Source: Moorena sp. SIO3H5
GTDB lineage: Bacteria > Cyanobacteriota > Cyanobacteriia > Cyanobacteriales > Coleofasciculaceae
Assembly: GCF_010692395.1 (NCBI RefSeq)
Contig: NZ_JAAHHS010000023.1
Coordinates: 721-41,760 of the forward strand
Length of the DNA stretch: 41,040 nucleotides
Reading direction: 5' to 3'
The stretch's first letter is position 1, and every line of letters begins with the position of its first letter. Below, one piece after another: positions 7,536 through 18,515 of the stretch. The notes beneath the pieces are model-generated. The model did not search any database and was not told the origin of the DNA. It saw only the letters and a program-made list of their open reading frames with translations. Both the position numbers and the translations under genes were made by a program.

Positions 7536-9338
7536 TCAAGCTGTCTTACCATTGGGGAAAGAGCTATGGGGCTTTGGATTTGCTATTTGGCCATGACTTC
7601 CTGCTCGGGGAAGGTCTTGCTTAGCCATAGCTTCACTGATGTATATTTCCTGCTGAGGCAGTGGGATCACGATCCCCTCTTGTTCAAATCTTTCTTTTAT
7701 AATTCGGCTGATGTCACAATAGGCTGTCCAATAATCTTCCTTCTTAGTATAGGCCATAAACCAAATGTTAACAGCATATTCAGCCAATTCTCCAGTGTCG
7801 ATCCAAGGGCCAGGGTCTTTCAATACTAAAGGATGAGTGTTGGCAATATCCTTAAGAACTTGGATCGCTTGAGTAATACTATTGCTGTAGCTGATCCTTA
7901 CGGTGATGAACATAGCGCGGACGGAGCTACTGGTTTCGTTGGCAATAACATTACCCCAGATTGAGTTGTTCGGTACGATAATGATTTTATTTTCCAAAGT
8001 ATTGATGGTGGTGCAAACTAAGTTGACATCCTTCACCGTACCTTTTACCCCAGCGACTTCAATCATATCCCCCACGTCGAAGGGTTTATAGAGCAAGATC
8101 ATTAACCCATTAGCAAAGTTACCAAGGGTATTTTGGAACGCAAAGGCTACCACAAAACCAGCAGCTCCAATCATGGCCATCAGTGGACCAATACTGACCT
8201 CTAGGGCAGTGATACCTAAAAGAATACCCACCAAAAATAATCCTTGGCGGGTTATCCTAACTACGAACTGACGCAGCATAGCTGACATATTCGGGAACAT
8301 CCACAAAGATTTCTCGAGGACTTTCCCTATAATCAGGGAGAGGATGCTAAAGCCAACGACGATTCCTAAAAATTTGCCAATGTTATTGGCCCAGCGCAGA
8401 CCTCCTTCTTTAGACTGGAGCCAGCCTACGATGGTAATCCAGGTTCCTTCAGTGTCAGTGACGTCAACCTTAATCCCACTGATAGCATCGATGTATTTGT
8501 TGTACAACTCAACATCACCGCCTTTAGTTTCCAGCTCTTCGAGTACCACCTCAAAGCGATCGCTTAAAGCAGTGCGTTCCTCTCGCAGTGTAGTCATGTT
8601 GACTAGCACTTGCTTTTTAACTTCGGTTTTGGCCTCGACCGCTTCTTCTAGGTCATGCTTGGCTTTGTCAATTCCCTGTCCAGTCTTTTTCTGCTCTTGT
8701 TCATCAGTAACGATTTTGTTGCTAATTGTCCCGATCTTATCTTGAACCTTAGCAACATCCTGGTTTGAGGTTTTGGCTTTATCTTTCTCCTGTTCAGTAC
8801 CTTCAACTGCTTTATCAATCGCCCCTTGCAAAGTTTGATCTTGCTTGGTCTTTTCCTCTTCTTTGACTGCTTCTTCTACTGACTCCTGAGCTTTTTCGAG
8901 AGCTTCTTGTGCTTCTTGTGCAGCTTCTAAAGCTTTAAGGCGATCCTTAGCCGAGCCGTCAGTCTCTGTTTTTTGCTTAGTATCTGTCGCTTCCTCAAGA
9001 GCCTCTTTGGCATCTTCTAGGGCATCAACAGCTTCTTTAGTTTGCTCAAGCTCTCGATTTTTGCGCTTGACAGCAATTTCAGCATCGCTAAGTTCTTTAA
9101 CTTTAGTTTTAAGCAAGAACATCCACGCCTCAGCTTCACCATCCAGCTCATCCTTAGTCAAAGGCTTGAGCATTAGCTCTAGCTCCTCAATCGGAATAGT
9201 TGGATCGTCAGTAGTAACGGCTTTCTCTAAGGCTAAATTATTAGTGGTCTGTTTAGCTTGGACAGGTAACCACCATGCCCCAACCATTAAGAGACTGCCA
9301 AACAAAATGTTAATTTTCTTTTGTCGGTAACGAATCAT
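7536..9338 (-). CDS. MscS-family mechanosensitive channel with long N-terminal E/K-rich coiled-coil region
   Basis: 600 aa: signal-like N-terminus, ~250-aa charged coiled coil, TM helices, then an MscS core (NGLMILLYKPFDVGDMIEVAGVKGTVKDVNLVCTTINTLENKIIIVPNNSIWGNVI). Confidence 0.85.
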   Translation of the reverse strand: MIRYRQKKINILFGSLLMVGAWWLPVQAKQTTNNLALEKAVTTDDPTIPIEELELMLKPLTKDELDGEAEAWMFLLKTKVKELSDAEIAVKRKNRELEQTKEAVDALEDAKEALEEATDTKQKTETDGSAKDRLKALEAAQEAQEALEKAQESVEEAVKEEEKTKQDQTLQGAIDKAVEGTEQEKDKAKTSNQDVAKVQDKIGTISNKIVTDEQEQKKTGQGIDKAKHDLEEAVEAKTEVKKQVLVNMTTLREERTALSDRFEVVLEELETKGGDVELYNKYIDAISGIKVDVTDTEGTWITIVGWLQSKEGGLRWANNIGKFLGIVVGFSILSLIIGKVLEKSLWMFPNMSAMLRQFVVRITRQGLFLVGILLGITALEVSIGPLMAMIGAAGFVVAFAFQNTLGNFANGLMILLYKPFDVGDMIEVAGVKGTVKDVNLVCTTINTLENKIIIVPNNSIWGNVIANETSSSVRAMFITVRISYSNSITQAIQVLKDIANTHPLVLKDPGPWIDTGELAEYAVNIWFMAYTKKEDYWTAYCDISRIIKERFEQEGIVIPLPQQEIYISEAMAKQDLPRAGSHGQIANPKPHSSFPNGKTA

Positions 9339-9369
9339 TGGTTTTTCGTGTTAGTAAGACGTTAATGAC

Positions 9370-9558
9370 GATGTAACCTGTATAGTTTGCTTGACTGCTG
9401 AGTGTTAACCAGCGATGCCTCAGGTGCGACCCGTGGCGAATTTAATTCCCCTACGGAAAACGCACCATTACGGTCTTGGGGGAAACCCCCACTCGCGTTT
9501 TGGATCAAGACAATGAAGATGTAACCTGTATAATTTGTTTCACTGTTGAGTCTTAACC
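9370..9558. repeat. Composite element: two ~41-nt direct repeats flanking a third copy of the AGGTGCG...GAATTTAATT...CGCACC motif
   Basis: 9370-9410 GATGTAACCTGTATAGTTTGCTTGACTGCTGAGTGTTAACC versus 9518-9558 GATGTAACCTGTATAATTTGTTTCACTGTTGAGTCTTAACC (36/41 identical). Core lies at 9422-9476. Confidence 0.5.
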
Positions 9559-10398
9559 GTTGAGTGTCAACAGTTGCTCCCCCCATTACCCCCGAAGATC
9601 GGCAGAGCTGTTTCATTTTCGATTTAGACTTAGGGGGGCAGAGTAGCAGAGCAGCGGAGCCGAATTATCCGCAAATATTCGGTTTTGACAGAATTTATCC
9701 CTTTCTAATTCTCTATATCTAACCCTGAAATGAAGAAGCCGGGGGTAGTCAACACTCACCAGTAAACAAGGTATAGATAGCGTTTTATTGGTTCAAATTG
9801 AGCCATGTCCTTATTGTTGCCCAAGATTTTCCATCAATAAACATCTTGAACAAAAATTTTGCAAAATCTTTGCTGAATACCCACTCTGCTTTTATCACAT
9901 CTTTATTTCCCTGGCTGATAATTAATTATTCATGGCTGGTATCATCCATAGCTTATTTATCGGTAATGGTATATTTACCAGCCGCATTTGGTATAATTCG
10001 CTTCTGTAAAATTCGGTAAAAATATTTATTTTAATAAAAATTATAATTAGTAAGTAATTAAATAATATAGCCAAAATATTACGAAGTATGGATTACCATT
10101 AGGAATTATCATGATTATGATAGTTTTAATTAAAACTGACTTATAACACTTACTTGCTAATTGCTATTCTAATCAAAATAAAATTAGTCTTCGATTCAAT
10201 CGCGTATAATCCTAATATAGTATCGGTAAATCAAGTTATAAAATCGACAATTATTTTAGTAATAAGAATATAAAAAACTAGTCTCACTTGTTATAGATGT
10301 AATTTATATTTTTTTTAAAAACTGACCTCTAATATCTTTTTACTATTCCCTAACAAAAATTGACAATAATATCCGTTAATGCATCTGTCGGCGCGTGC

Positions 10399-10584
10399 AT
10401 GATCGATGAGATTTCTATGGCAGACGGCCCTGGAAAACCTGTTGATAGCAAGTGTACATCCCCACCGCAACCAAATAGTATTTGCACCCTAGACATCAAT
10501 GGGTGTGGCAATTCAAGCATTTGCCAGTGTCCTGAGGGGAGCGAATACAATCAGTTATTTGCGTCCTGCGAAATACCCTTGTGA
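10399..10584 (+). CDS. Hypothetical 61-aa six-cysteine peptide (EGF-like Cys spacing), orphan ORF in an AT-rich islet
   Basis: MIDEISMADGPGKPVDSKCTSPPQPNSICTLDINGCGNSSICQCPEGSEYNQLFASCEIPL. The ORF is clearly more GC-rich than its flanks: 26/60 G+C in line 10441 versus 9-16/60 in lines 10081, 10201, 10261. No obvious RBS. An antisense ORF also exists. Confidence 0.35.
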   Translation: MIDEISMADGPGKPVDSKCTSPPQPNSICTLDINGCGNSSICQCPEGSEYNQLFASCEIPL

Positions 10585-10656
10585 TACTAGAACCTGAATC
10601 TGTTAGTAATTCTATCAAGTTCCAGGTGATCACAAGTTAGATAATATCACAATTAA

Positions 10657-10694
10657 CAGTAGAGGGCTCACTGCTGAAAGTGAACCCTCTACTG
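10657..10694. terminator. 15-bp-stem hairpin between convergent Cys-ORF and TerB-like gene
   Basis: CAGTAGAGGGCTCAC-TGCTGAAA-GTGAACCCTCTACTG with one mismatch. No clear U-tract. Confidence 0.45.
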
Positions 10695-10758
10695 AATAGA
10701 TTTAGCTAGTTTTGTCAAAATTATTAATTAAGTTAGTTAATATTAATTAATAATCCTA

Positions 10759-11205
10759 TTACCCTTGATTTTTAATTAACATTACGTCTATAATTTTAAC
10801 AGCAGTATCTTCTGATATCTCTAAAGCATGATAAAGCTCGTTTAAAAACTCTTCTTCATCATCGGTAATTTCTCCATCTGCTAAGATAATATCAGTGGCG
10901 ATCGCAAAGGCTGTTCCTTGTAGTTCATGGGGGAGTGATTTGAGGGCTGCACTAAGAAGAGGATCAGAACCTTGCCGCTGCAGGAGCATCAAAAGTCGTT
11001 CAAACATTCTTGCCATTACATCAGCTGAGTAGCTCCTGAACAGCTGCATTCGAGATAAGGCCGTAATAATGGCTTGTACTTCAGAATTAGTCGCGTATCC
11101 GTCAGCAGCACCAGCAATTAATGCGATCGCAGCAAAGGCTTCAGCTGGTCCGAGTGTTGTTTGGCTGTGTTGACGACTAATTGAAATTTTGTCAAACAGA
11201 CCCAT
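10759..11205 (-). CDS. TerB-like (tellurite-resistance TerB family) protein
   Basis: Track ORF 10759-11328. ATG 11205 gives MGLFDKISISRQ..., the typical start for this family. AAADGYATNSEVQAI and ILADGEITDDEEEFLNEL resemble TerB repeat motifs. Confidence 0.7.
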   Translation of the reverse strand: MGLFDKISISRQHSQTTLGPAEAFAAIALIAGAADGYATNSEVQAIITALSRMQLFRSYSADVMARMFERLLMLLQRQGSDPLLSAALKSLPHELQGTAFAIATDIILADGEITDDEEEFLNELYHALEISEDTAVKIIDVMLIKNQG

Positions 11206-11376
11206 TGTTGTTGTCTCTTGGAAAAGTACCTTAGTTAATACCAAGATGACATTGGTGACCGCAAACGGAATTAGTGGAAATACTGAACTTGTGAGTAGAC
11301 TTTGCCAAAGTTTTCTATTCCACCTCAAGCAGGGCTATAGTTAATCTGGTTAATGTGACCGATAAACTAGAGTTAA

Positions 11377-13485
<2,109 letters not shown>

Positions 13486-13516
13486 GTGAACGTATCCCAT
13501 ACCAAATCTATGTTAT

Positions 13517-13558
13517 CGATTCCCGATTCCCGATTCCCGATTCCCGATTCCCGATTCC
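13517..13558. repeat. Heptamer array (CGATTCC)x6
   Basis: Counted directly. Confidence 0.95.
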
Positions 13559-13606
13559 CTTACTGTGGTTGCTTAAACCGTTCAGGTGATAGGGAGTAAG
13601 TCAACC

Positions 13607-13633
13607 AAAAAACCCCGCGTCTCATGACCGGGG
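13607..13633 (-). terminator. Putative rho-independent terminator of rpsU
   Basis: Minus strand: CCCCG - 11-nt loop - CGGGG followed by TTTTTT, 24 nt after the rpsU stop. The stem is short (5 bp). Confidence 0.45.
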
Positions 13634-13656
13634 AGTGTTGACAGTGGATTGAAGGT

Positions 13657-13836
13657 TTAGCGGTAACGACGCTTGCGTCTGCGAGCGATCGCTTTGCGCT
13701 TTTTCTTTTCAATGGGAGTCTCAAAATGACGTAGACGCTTCATATCAGCAAAAATTCCAGCTTTAGATACTTGTCGCTTAAATCTACGCAGGGCTGACTC
13801 AATGCCTTCATTTTCACCGACAACCACTTGGGTCAT
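13657..13836 (-). CDS. rpsU: 30S ribosomal protein S21
   Basis: Not in ORF track (59 aa). Hand translation: [64 protein letters not shown] lies upstream of the ATG. Confidence 0.93.
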   Translation of the reverse strand: MTQVVVGENEGIESALRRFKRQVSKAGIFADMKRLRHFETPIEKKKRKAIARRRKRRYR

Positions 13837-14051
13837 ACTAAATTAATCCTCCTAAATTTGAACAAAAAATTCTAACTATACTATCATACAATTATACTAT
13901 CTAGCAAGATTGCTGATAACAAGACGTCATAAGATATTACCAAGCAGGGTCAATACCCGAAAGAATCTGCCTGGGTGATTATACCCTCAAATACTGGAAA
14001 AAAAGACTATTTCATTAACAATTGCGGTTGATCTCGATGAAGGTAAGGATT

Positions 14052-14157
14052 CAGCTATCAGCTATCAGCTATCAGCTATCAGCTATCAGCTATCAGCTAT
14101 CAGCTATCAGCTATCAGCTGACGGCTGACTGCTGACGGCTGACGGCTGACTGCTGAA
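14052..14157. repeat. Heptamer arrays (CAGCTAT)x9 then GACGGCT/GACTGCT units
   Basis: Counted directly. Abuts the dus stop codon (14161). Confidence 0.95.
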
Positions 14158-14160
14158 CGC

Positions 14161-15201
14161 TTAGTGATGGAGTTTAGCGATCGCATTTTCAATCAACTCA
14201 ACTCCTTGGTCAACCGTCTCTATTGTACTGAGTTTCTTACGCAATTCCCCTGCTCCAGGAAACCCTTTAGCGTACCAACTCATGTGTTTCCGGGATTGAT
14301 AAATACCCCGCTCCCCCTTATAGTGCCATAGACCTTGTAAATGCTCCTTAGCACATTCAAGCAGTTGTACTGGTGTGGTTGGGGGTAACAGTTGTCCGGT
14401 TTTCAGGAAATAGTCTATTTCTCCGACTAGAAAGGGATAGCCCAGGGTTCCCCGAGAACACATTACCCCATCAGCACCGGTTTCTTCCAAGCAGCGCACT
14501 GCTGCATCGACGGACAAAATATCCCCATTAGCAATCACTGGGATAGACAGCACATCTTTTACCCGCTTAATCCATTCCCAGCGAGCGGAGCCATTATACC
14601 CTTGGTCACGAGTACGGCCATGGAGGGTCAACATCTGAGCCCCTGCATCTTCCATACGTTGGGCAAATTCTACGGCATTGATCTCCTGATCAGTCCAGCC
14701 AATACGGGTTTTGACCGTTACAGGTACCTCAACTGCCTTGACTACTGATCGTACAATTGCTTCTGCCGTTTCTGGATCTCGCAGTAAAGCAGACCCGCCA
14801 CCATTTTTAGTAATTTTATTAACAGGGCAACCCATATTAATATCCACAGTATCTGCCCCTTCTGCCACTGCCCTTTGTGCCGCTTGAGCCAGAAATTCCG
14901 GGCGACAGTCAAATAATTGGATACTGATCGGTTTTTCTAATGGGTCTACCTCCATAACCTTGGGCAATTCTCGGAGATACTTTAACTGGCTAGCATGAAC
15001 CATTTCGGTATACATCATGGACTCAGTGGCGTAGCGACGCACTAGGCGACGAAACACCAAGTCGGTTACTCCAGACAGGGGTGACTGTAAAACCCTGCTG
15101 TTGACCTCAACTGAGCCAATTTTAAGGGGTGATGCTAAGCGTTGCTGTAATTGTGGAGATAGAACTGGCATTGGTAATGGTGTTGTTTCCGTCGTGATCA
15201 C
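14161..15201 (-). CDS. dus: tRNA-dihydrouridine synthase (Dus family, TIM-barrel flavoenzyme)
   Basis: 346 aa; LSPLSGVTDLVFRRL, DINMGCPV, HGRTR motifs characteristic of Dus enzymes. Confidence 0.9.
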   Translation of the reverse strand: MITTETTPLPMPVLSPQLQQRLASPLKIGSVEVNSRVLQSPLSGVTDLVFRRLVRRYATESMMYTEMVHASQLKYLRELPKVMEVDPLEKPISIQLFDCRPEFLAQAAQRAVAEGADTVDINMGCPVNKITKNGGGSALLRDPETAEAIVRSVVKAVEVPVTVKTRIGWTDQEINAVEFAQRMEDAGAQMLTLHGRTRDQGYNGSARWEWIKRVKDVLSIPVIANGDILSVDAAVRCLEETGADGVMCSRGTLGYPFLVGEIDYFLKTGQLLPPTTPVQLLECAKEHLQGLWHYKGERGIYQSRKHMSWYAKGFPGAGELRKKLSTIETVDQGVELIENAIAKLHH

Positions 15202-15219
15202 CCTTAGTAATCAGCAATT

Positions 15220-15260
15220 GATTCTTTATGATTCTTTATGATTCTTTATGATTCTTTAAA
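15220..15260. repeat. 10-mer tandem repeat (ATTCTTTATG)x4
   Basis: Read directly, immediately upstream of the dus start. Confidence 0.9.
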
Positions 15261-15878
15261 TATATAATAGCGCTGATTATACTTAGCTGATCATACTGCT
15301 GATCATACTTATCAGGTAAAGTCAAGTTTCTTTTCCCTATTCCCGACTCCCGTTTCAGTTTCCTCAACTACTCTCAAGACGGCAAACACAACTGATTTGT
15401 TACGGTTCACACCAATCCCAACAGCTGTTAATTTTCGTAAATTAGACACAGGCAAGGCAACAAAAAGGGGTCAGGAAAAAAACATACATGGGTTTTGACC
15501 ATAGCAGTCCTAATTCAAACGTCACGGAAATCAGAACTCTGGGTGGATTCTTCCCCAACTTCGGTGATCTTCCCTATATTCCGACTCTCACACCTAATCG
15601 AGAATGGCGCTGATTACCCCTAACTGTTTTCTTTCCTGCTGCCCCCTGACCGAAAAAATCAGTAGATAATCGGTTATTCAATTGAGAACCGTCCCATCTT
15701 AGGTTCGGGAAACCACCCTTCATTAGACTGGCAAATAAAGTTCAGTATAAATAATGGTAATCCAACCGATGGTATAAAAACTGGCAACGGTTATTCCTTG
15801 AACCAAAAGGCACGGATCATTCTCTAATCCTCTCCTACCCTACCAGTATTTGTAGTTATAGGCACCCGGAACACTCTT

Positions 15879-17792
15879 ATGGCAAAAGTTGTTGGAATTG
15901 ACTTAGGTACAACAAACTCCTGTGTAGCAGTAATGGAAGGTGGTAAACCCACGGTTATTGCTAATGCAGAAGGTTTTCGGACAACCCCTTCAGTCGTAGC
16001 TTATGCCAAAAATGGCGATCGCTTAGTGGGTCAAATCGCTAAGCGTCAGGCGGTGATGAACCCCGAAAACACTTTCTATTCAGTCAAACGCTTCATTGGA
16101 CGTAGATACAGTGAAGTCACCAACGAGGCTACCGAAGTATCTTACAAAACTCTCAAGGTTGGTGATAATGTCAAGCTAGATAGCCCAGCTCAAGGAAAGC
16201 AATTTGCGCCAGAAGAGATATCAGCTCAGGTGCTACGCAAGCTGGTTGATGATGCTAGCAAGTATCTTGGGGAAACCGTTACCCAAGCGGTAATTACTGT
16301 GCCAGCTTACTTCAATGACTCCCAGCGTCAAGCTACTAAGGCAGCGGGTAAGATTGCTGGTGTTGAAGTGCTGCGGATTATCAACGAACCGACTGCAGCG
16401 TCTCTGGCTTATGGTTTAGACAAGAAGAGCAACGAAACTATCCTAGTGTTTGACTTGGGTGGTGGTACCTTTGACGTCTCTATTCTAGAAGTAGGTGACG
16501 GGGTGTTTGAAGTGTTAGCTACCTCCGGTGACACTCACCTCGGTGGTGATGACTTCGATAAGAAAATTGTTGATCACCTAGCCAAAGAGTTCCAAAGCTC
16601 AGAAGGGATTGACCTACGCAAGGACAAGCAAGCTCTACAACGTCTGACTGAAGCCGCCGAGAAAGCCAAGATTGAGTTGTCTAGCGTTATGCAAGCTGAC
16701 ATTAACTTGCCTTTCATCACGGCTACCCAAGAAGGACCTAAGCACCTGGATATGACCTTGACTAGGGGTCAGTTTGAAGATATTTGCTCTGACTTAATCG
16801 ACCGTTGTCGCATTCCGGTAGAGAATGCCATCAAGGATGCCAAACTCGACAAGAGTGCCATTGATGAGGTGGTTTTGGTTGGTGGTTCTACTCGGATCCC
16901 TGCAGTGCAACAGGTGGTCAAGAAGGTACTTGGCAAGGATCCTAACCAAACTGTTAACCCCGATGAAGTGGTAGCGGTAGGTGCTGCTATCCAAGGTGGT
17001 GTATTAGCTGGTGAAGTCAAGGATATCCTATTGTTGGATGTCACTCCCTTGTCCTTGGGTGTGGAAACTCTCGGTGGCGTGATGACGAAACTGATTCCCC
17101 GCAACACCACTGTCCCCACCAAGAAGTCAGAAACCTTCTCTACTGCTGTGGATGGTCAGACCAACGTAGAAATCCATGTTCTTCAGGGTGAGCGGGAAAT
17201 GTCCTCTGACAACAAGAGCTTGGGAACCTTCAGATTGGATGGTATTCCCCCTGCACCCCGTGGCGTACCTCAGATTGAGGTAACTTTTGACATTGATGCC
17301 AACGGTATCCTGAATGTTACCGCTAAGGACAAGGGCACTGGTAAGGAACAGTCCATCAACATTACTGGTGCATCCACCCTATCTGATCAGGAAATAGACC
17401 GGATGGTGAAGGATGCTGAAGCTAATGCAGAGGCTGACCAAGATCGTCGTGAGAAGATTGACCGTAAGAACCAAGCTGATTCTCTTACCTACCAGGCCGA
17501 GAAACAGATTAAAGAACTCGATGATAAATTGCCAGCAGCTGATAAGGAGAAGATCGAAGGGTTGATCAAAGACCTGCGAGAGGCAATTGGGCAAGAGGAT
17601 GATGAGAAAATCAAGACTCTGACCACTGAGTTACAACAAGCTCTCTACAGTGTTAGTGCTAACCTCTATCAGCAAGCTGAGGGGGCTGCTGAGGCCACCG
17701 ATGCTGGCGCACCAGGTCCTGATGCTGCTCCTTCTGGTAGCTCTGGTAGTGGTGATGATGTCATTGACGCTGAATTTTCTGAAACCAAGTAG
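15879..17792 (+). CDS. dnaK: Molecular chaperone DnaK (Hsp70)
   Basis: 637 aa; [33 protein letters not shown] signatures; acidic C-terminus [10 protein letters not shown]. Confidence 0.97.
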   Translation: MAKVVGIDLGTTNSCVAVMEGGKPTVIANAEGFRTTPSVVAYAKNGDRLVGQIAKRQAVMNPENTFYSVKRFIGRRYSEVTNEATEVSYKTLKVGDNVKLDSPAQGKQFAPEEISAQVLRKLVDDASKYLGETVTQAVITVPAYFNDSQRQATKAAGKIAGVEVLRIINEPTAASLAYGLDKKSNETILVFDLGGGTFDVSILEVGDGVFEVLATSGDTHLGGDDFDKKIVDHLAKEFQSSEGIDLRKDKQALQRLTEAAEKAKIELSSVMQADINLPFITATQEGPKHLDMTLTRGQFEDICSDLIDRCRIPVENAIKDAKLDKSAIDEVVLVGGSTRIPAVQQVVKKVLGKDPNQTVNPDEVVAVGAAIQGGVLAGEVKDILLLDVTPLSLGVETLGGVMTKLIPRNTTVPTKKSETFSTAVDGQTNVEIHVLQGEREMSSDNKSLGTFRLDGIPPAPRGVPQIEVTFDIDANGILNVTAKDKGTGKEQSINITGASTLSDQEIDRMVKDAEANAEADQDRREKIDRKNQADSLTYQAEKQIKELDDKLPAADKEKIEGLIKDLREAIGQEDDEKIKTLTTELQQALYSVSANLYQQAEGAAEATDAGAPGPDAAPSGSSGSGDDVIDAEFSETK

Positions 17793-17809
17793 GGATTTGG
17801 CTAAGCATT

Positions 17810-17960
17810 CAGCGGTCAGCGGTCAGCGGTCAGCCGTTAGTCTTTAGCTGTTCCCGTAGCGTGGGCGTAGCCCATGAGCTAAAAGCTGATAGCTAAAAGC
17901 TGTTCGCGTAGCGTGCGCGTAGCGCATAAGCTGATAGCTGATAGCTGATAGCTGGTAGCT
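17810..17960. repeat. Mixed repeat block: (CAGCGGT)x3, two tandem GTTCGCGTAGCGTG-type units, (GCTGATA)n
   Basis: Read directly downstream of the dnaK stop. Confidence 0.85.
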
Positions 17961-18031
17961 GAATACGTACATGGCTAATAGCTAAGGCAGATAATCCTAA
18001 AGCTTAGTCTATCTTTTTCTAAAGTCTAATT

Positions 18032-18067
18032 AAGGTTGATGAGAATTTGATTACTCATCAACCTTTT
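18032..18067 (+). terminator. Rho-independent-type terminator downstream of dnaK
   Basis: AAGGTTGATGAG - 10-nt loop - CTCATCAACCTT (perfect 12-bp stem) running into TTTT. Confidence 0.55.
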
Positions 18068-18080
18068 GCTTATTGGATTT

Positions 18081-18496
18081 TAGGGAGTAGGGAATCGGGA
18101 GTAGGGAATCGGGAATAGGGAATCGGGAATCGGGAATAGGGAATAGGGAATAGGGAATAGGAAAAAAATTATCACAATTACGACACGGATTGCTATACTC
18201 TAAATTAGTAGCTAAAGTCTAGGCAAAAGGCAAAGGGCAAGAGGCAATAGTCGTCAGTTATTAGAGTGGATGAATAATAGAGGATATCAATACTTTTAGC
18301 AAAAAAAGTAAATTTTTTAATTAGTTTATCGGTGACATTTTTTAAACATCAAAACATCAAACTAAAACAAAATTTTACCTCTTGCCTCTTGCCTCTCCTA
18401 AATTCCCTGTTCCCTGTTCCCTCTAAACCAAAATACTATATTCCCGATTACCTACTCCCGATTCCCAATTCCCGATTCCCGATTCCCGATTCCCTA
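18081..18496. repeat. Nested inverted heptamer arrays forming a ~415-bp imperfect palindrome
   Basis: Outer arms: GGGAATC/GGGAATA units 18081-18161 versus GATTCCC units 18439-18496. Inner arms: AGGCAAAAGGCAAAGGGCAAGAGGCAATAG 18221-18250 versus CCTCTTGCCTCTTGCCTCTCC 18378-18398. The centre is AT-rich. Confidence 0.85.
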
Positions 18497-18515
18497 ATCA
18501 ACTGAAAACGCTATT

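Noticed and set aside
8344-9330. Antisense or alternative-frame ORFs inside long genes (e.g. 8344-8745, 9007-9330, 12321-12557, 16769-17122, 20244-20567, 27573-27854, 33033-33248, 36560-36835)
   Set aside because: Each lies fully within a well-supported CDS on the opposite strand or in another frame, and shows low-complexity or Ser/Leu-rich composition typical of shadow ORFs.
9362-9616. 84-aa ORF on the minus strand
   Set aside because: It spans the composite repeat element (direct 41-mers plus palindromic core) and shows no RBS or recognisable protein features.
9798-10019. 73-aa TTG-initiated hydrophobic ORF
   Set aside because: It sits at the edge of the AT-rich islet. Its low-complexity composition is driven by AT richness, and it has no RBS or motifs.
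10350-10550. 66-aa ORF antisense to the six-Cys ORF
   Set aside because: It mutually excludes the plus-strand ORF. I favour the plus ORF because of its regular Cys pattern, but neither frame is proven.
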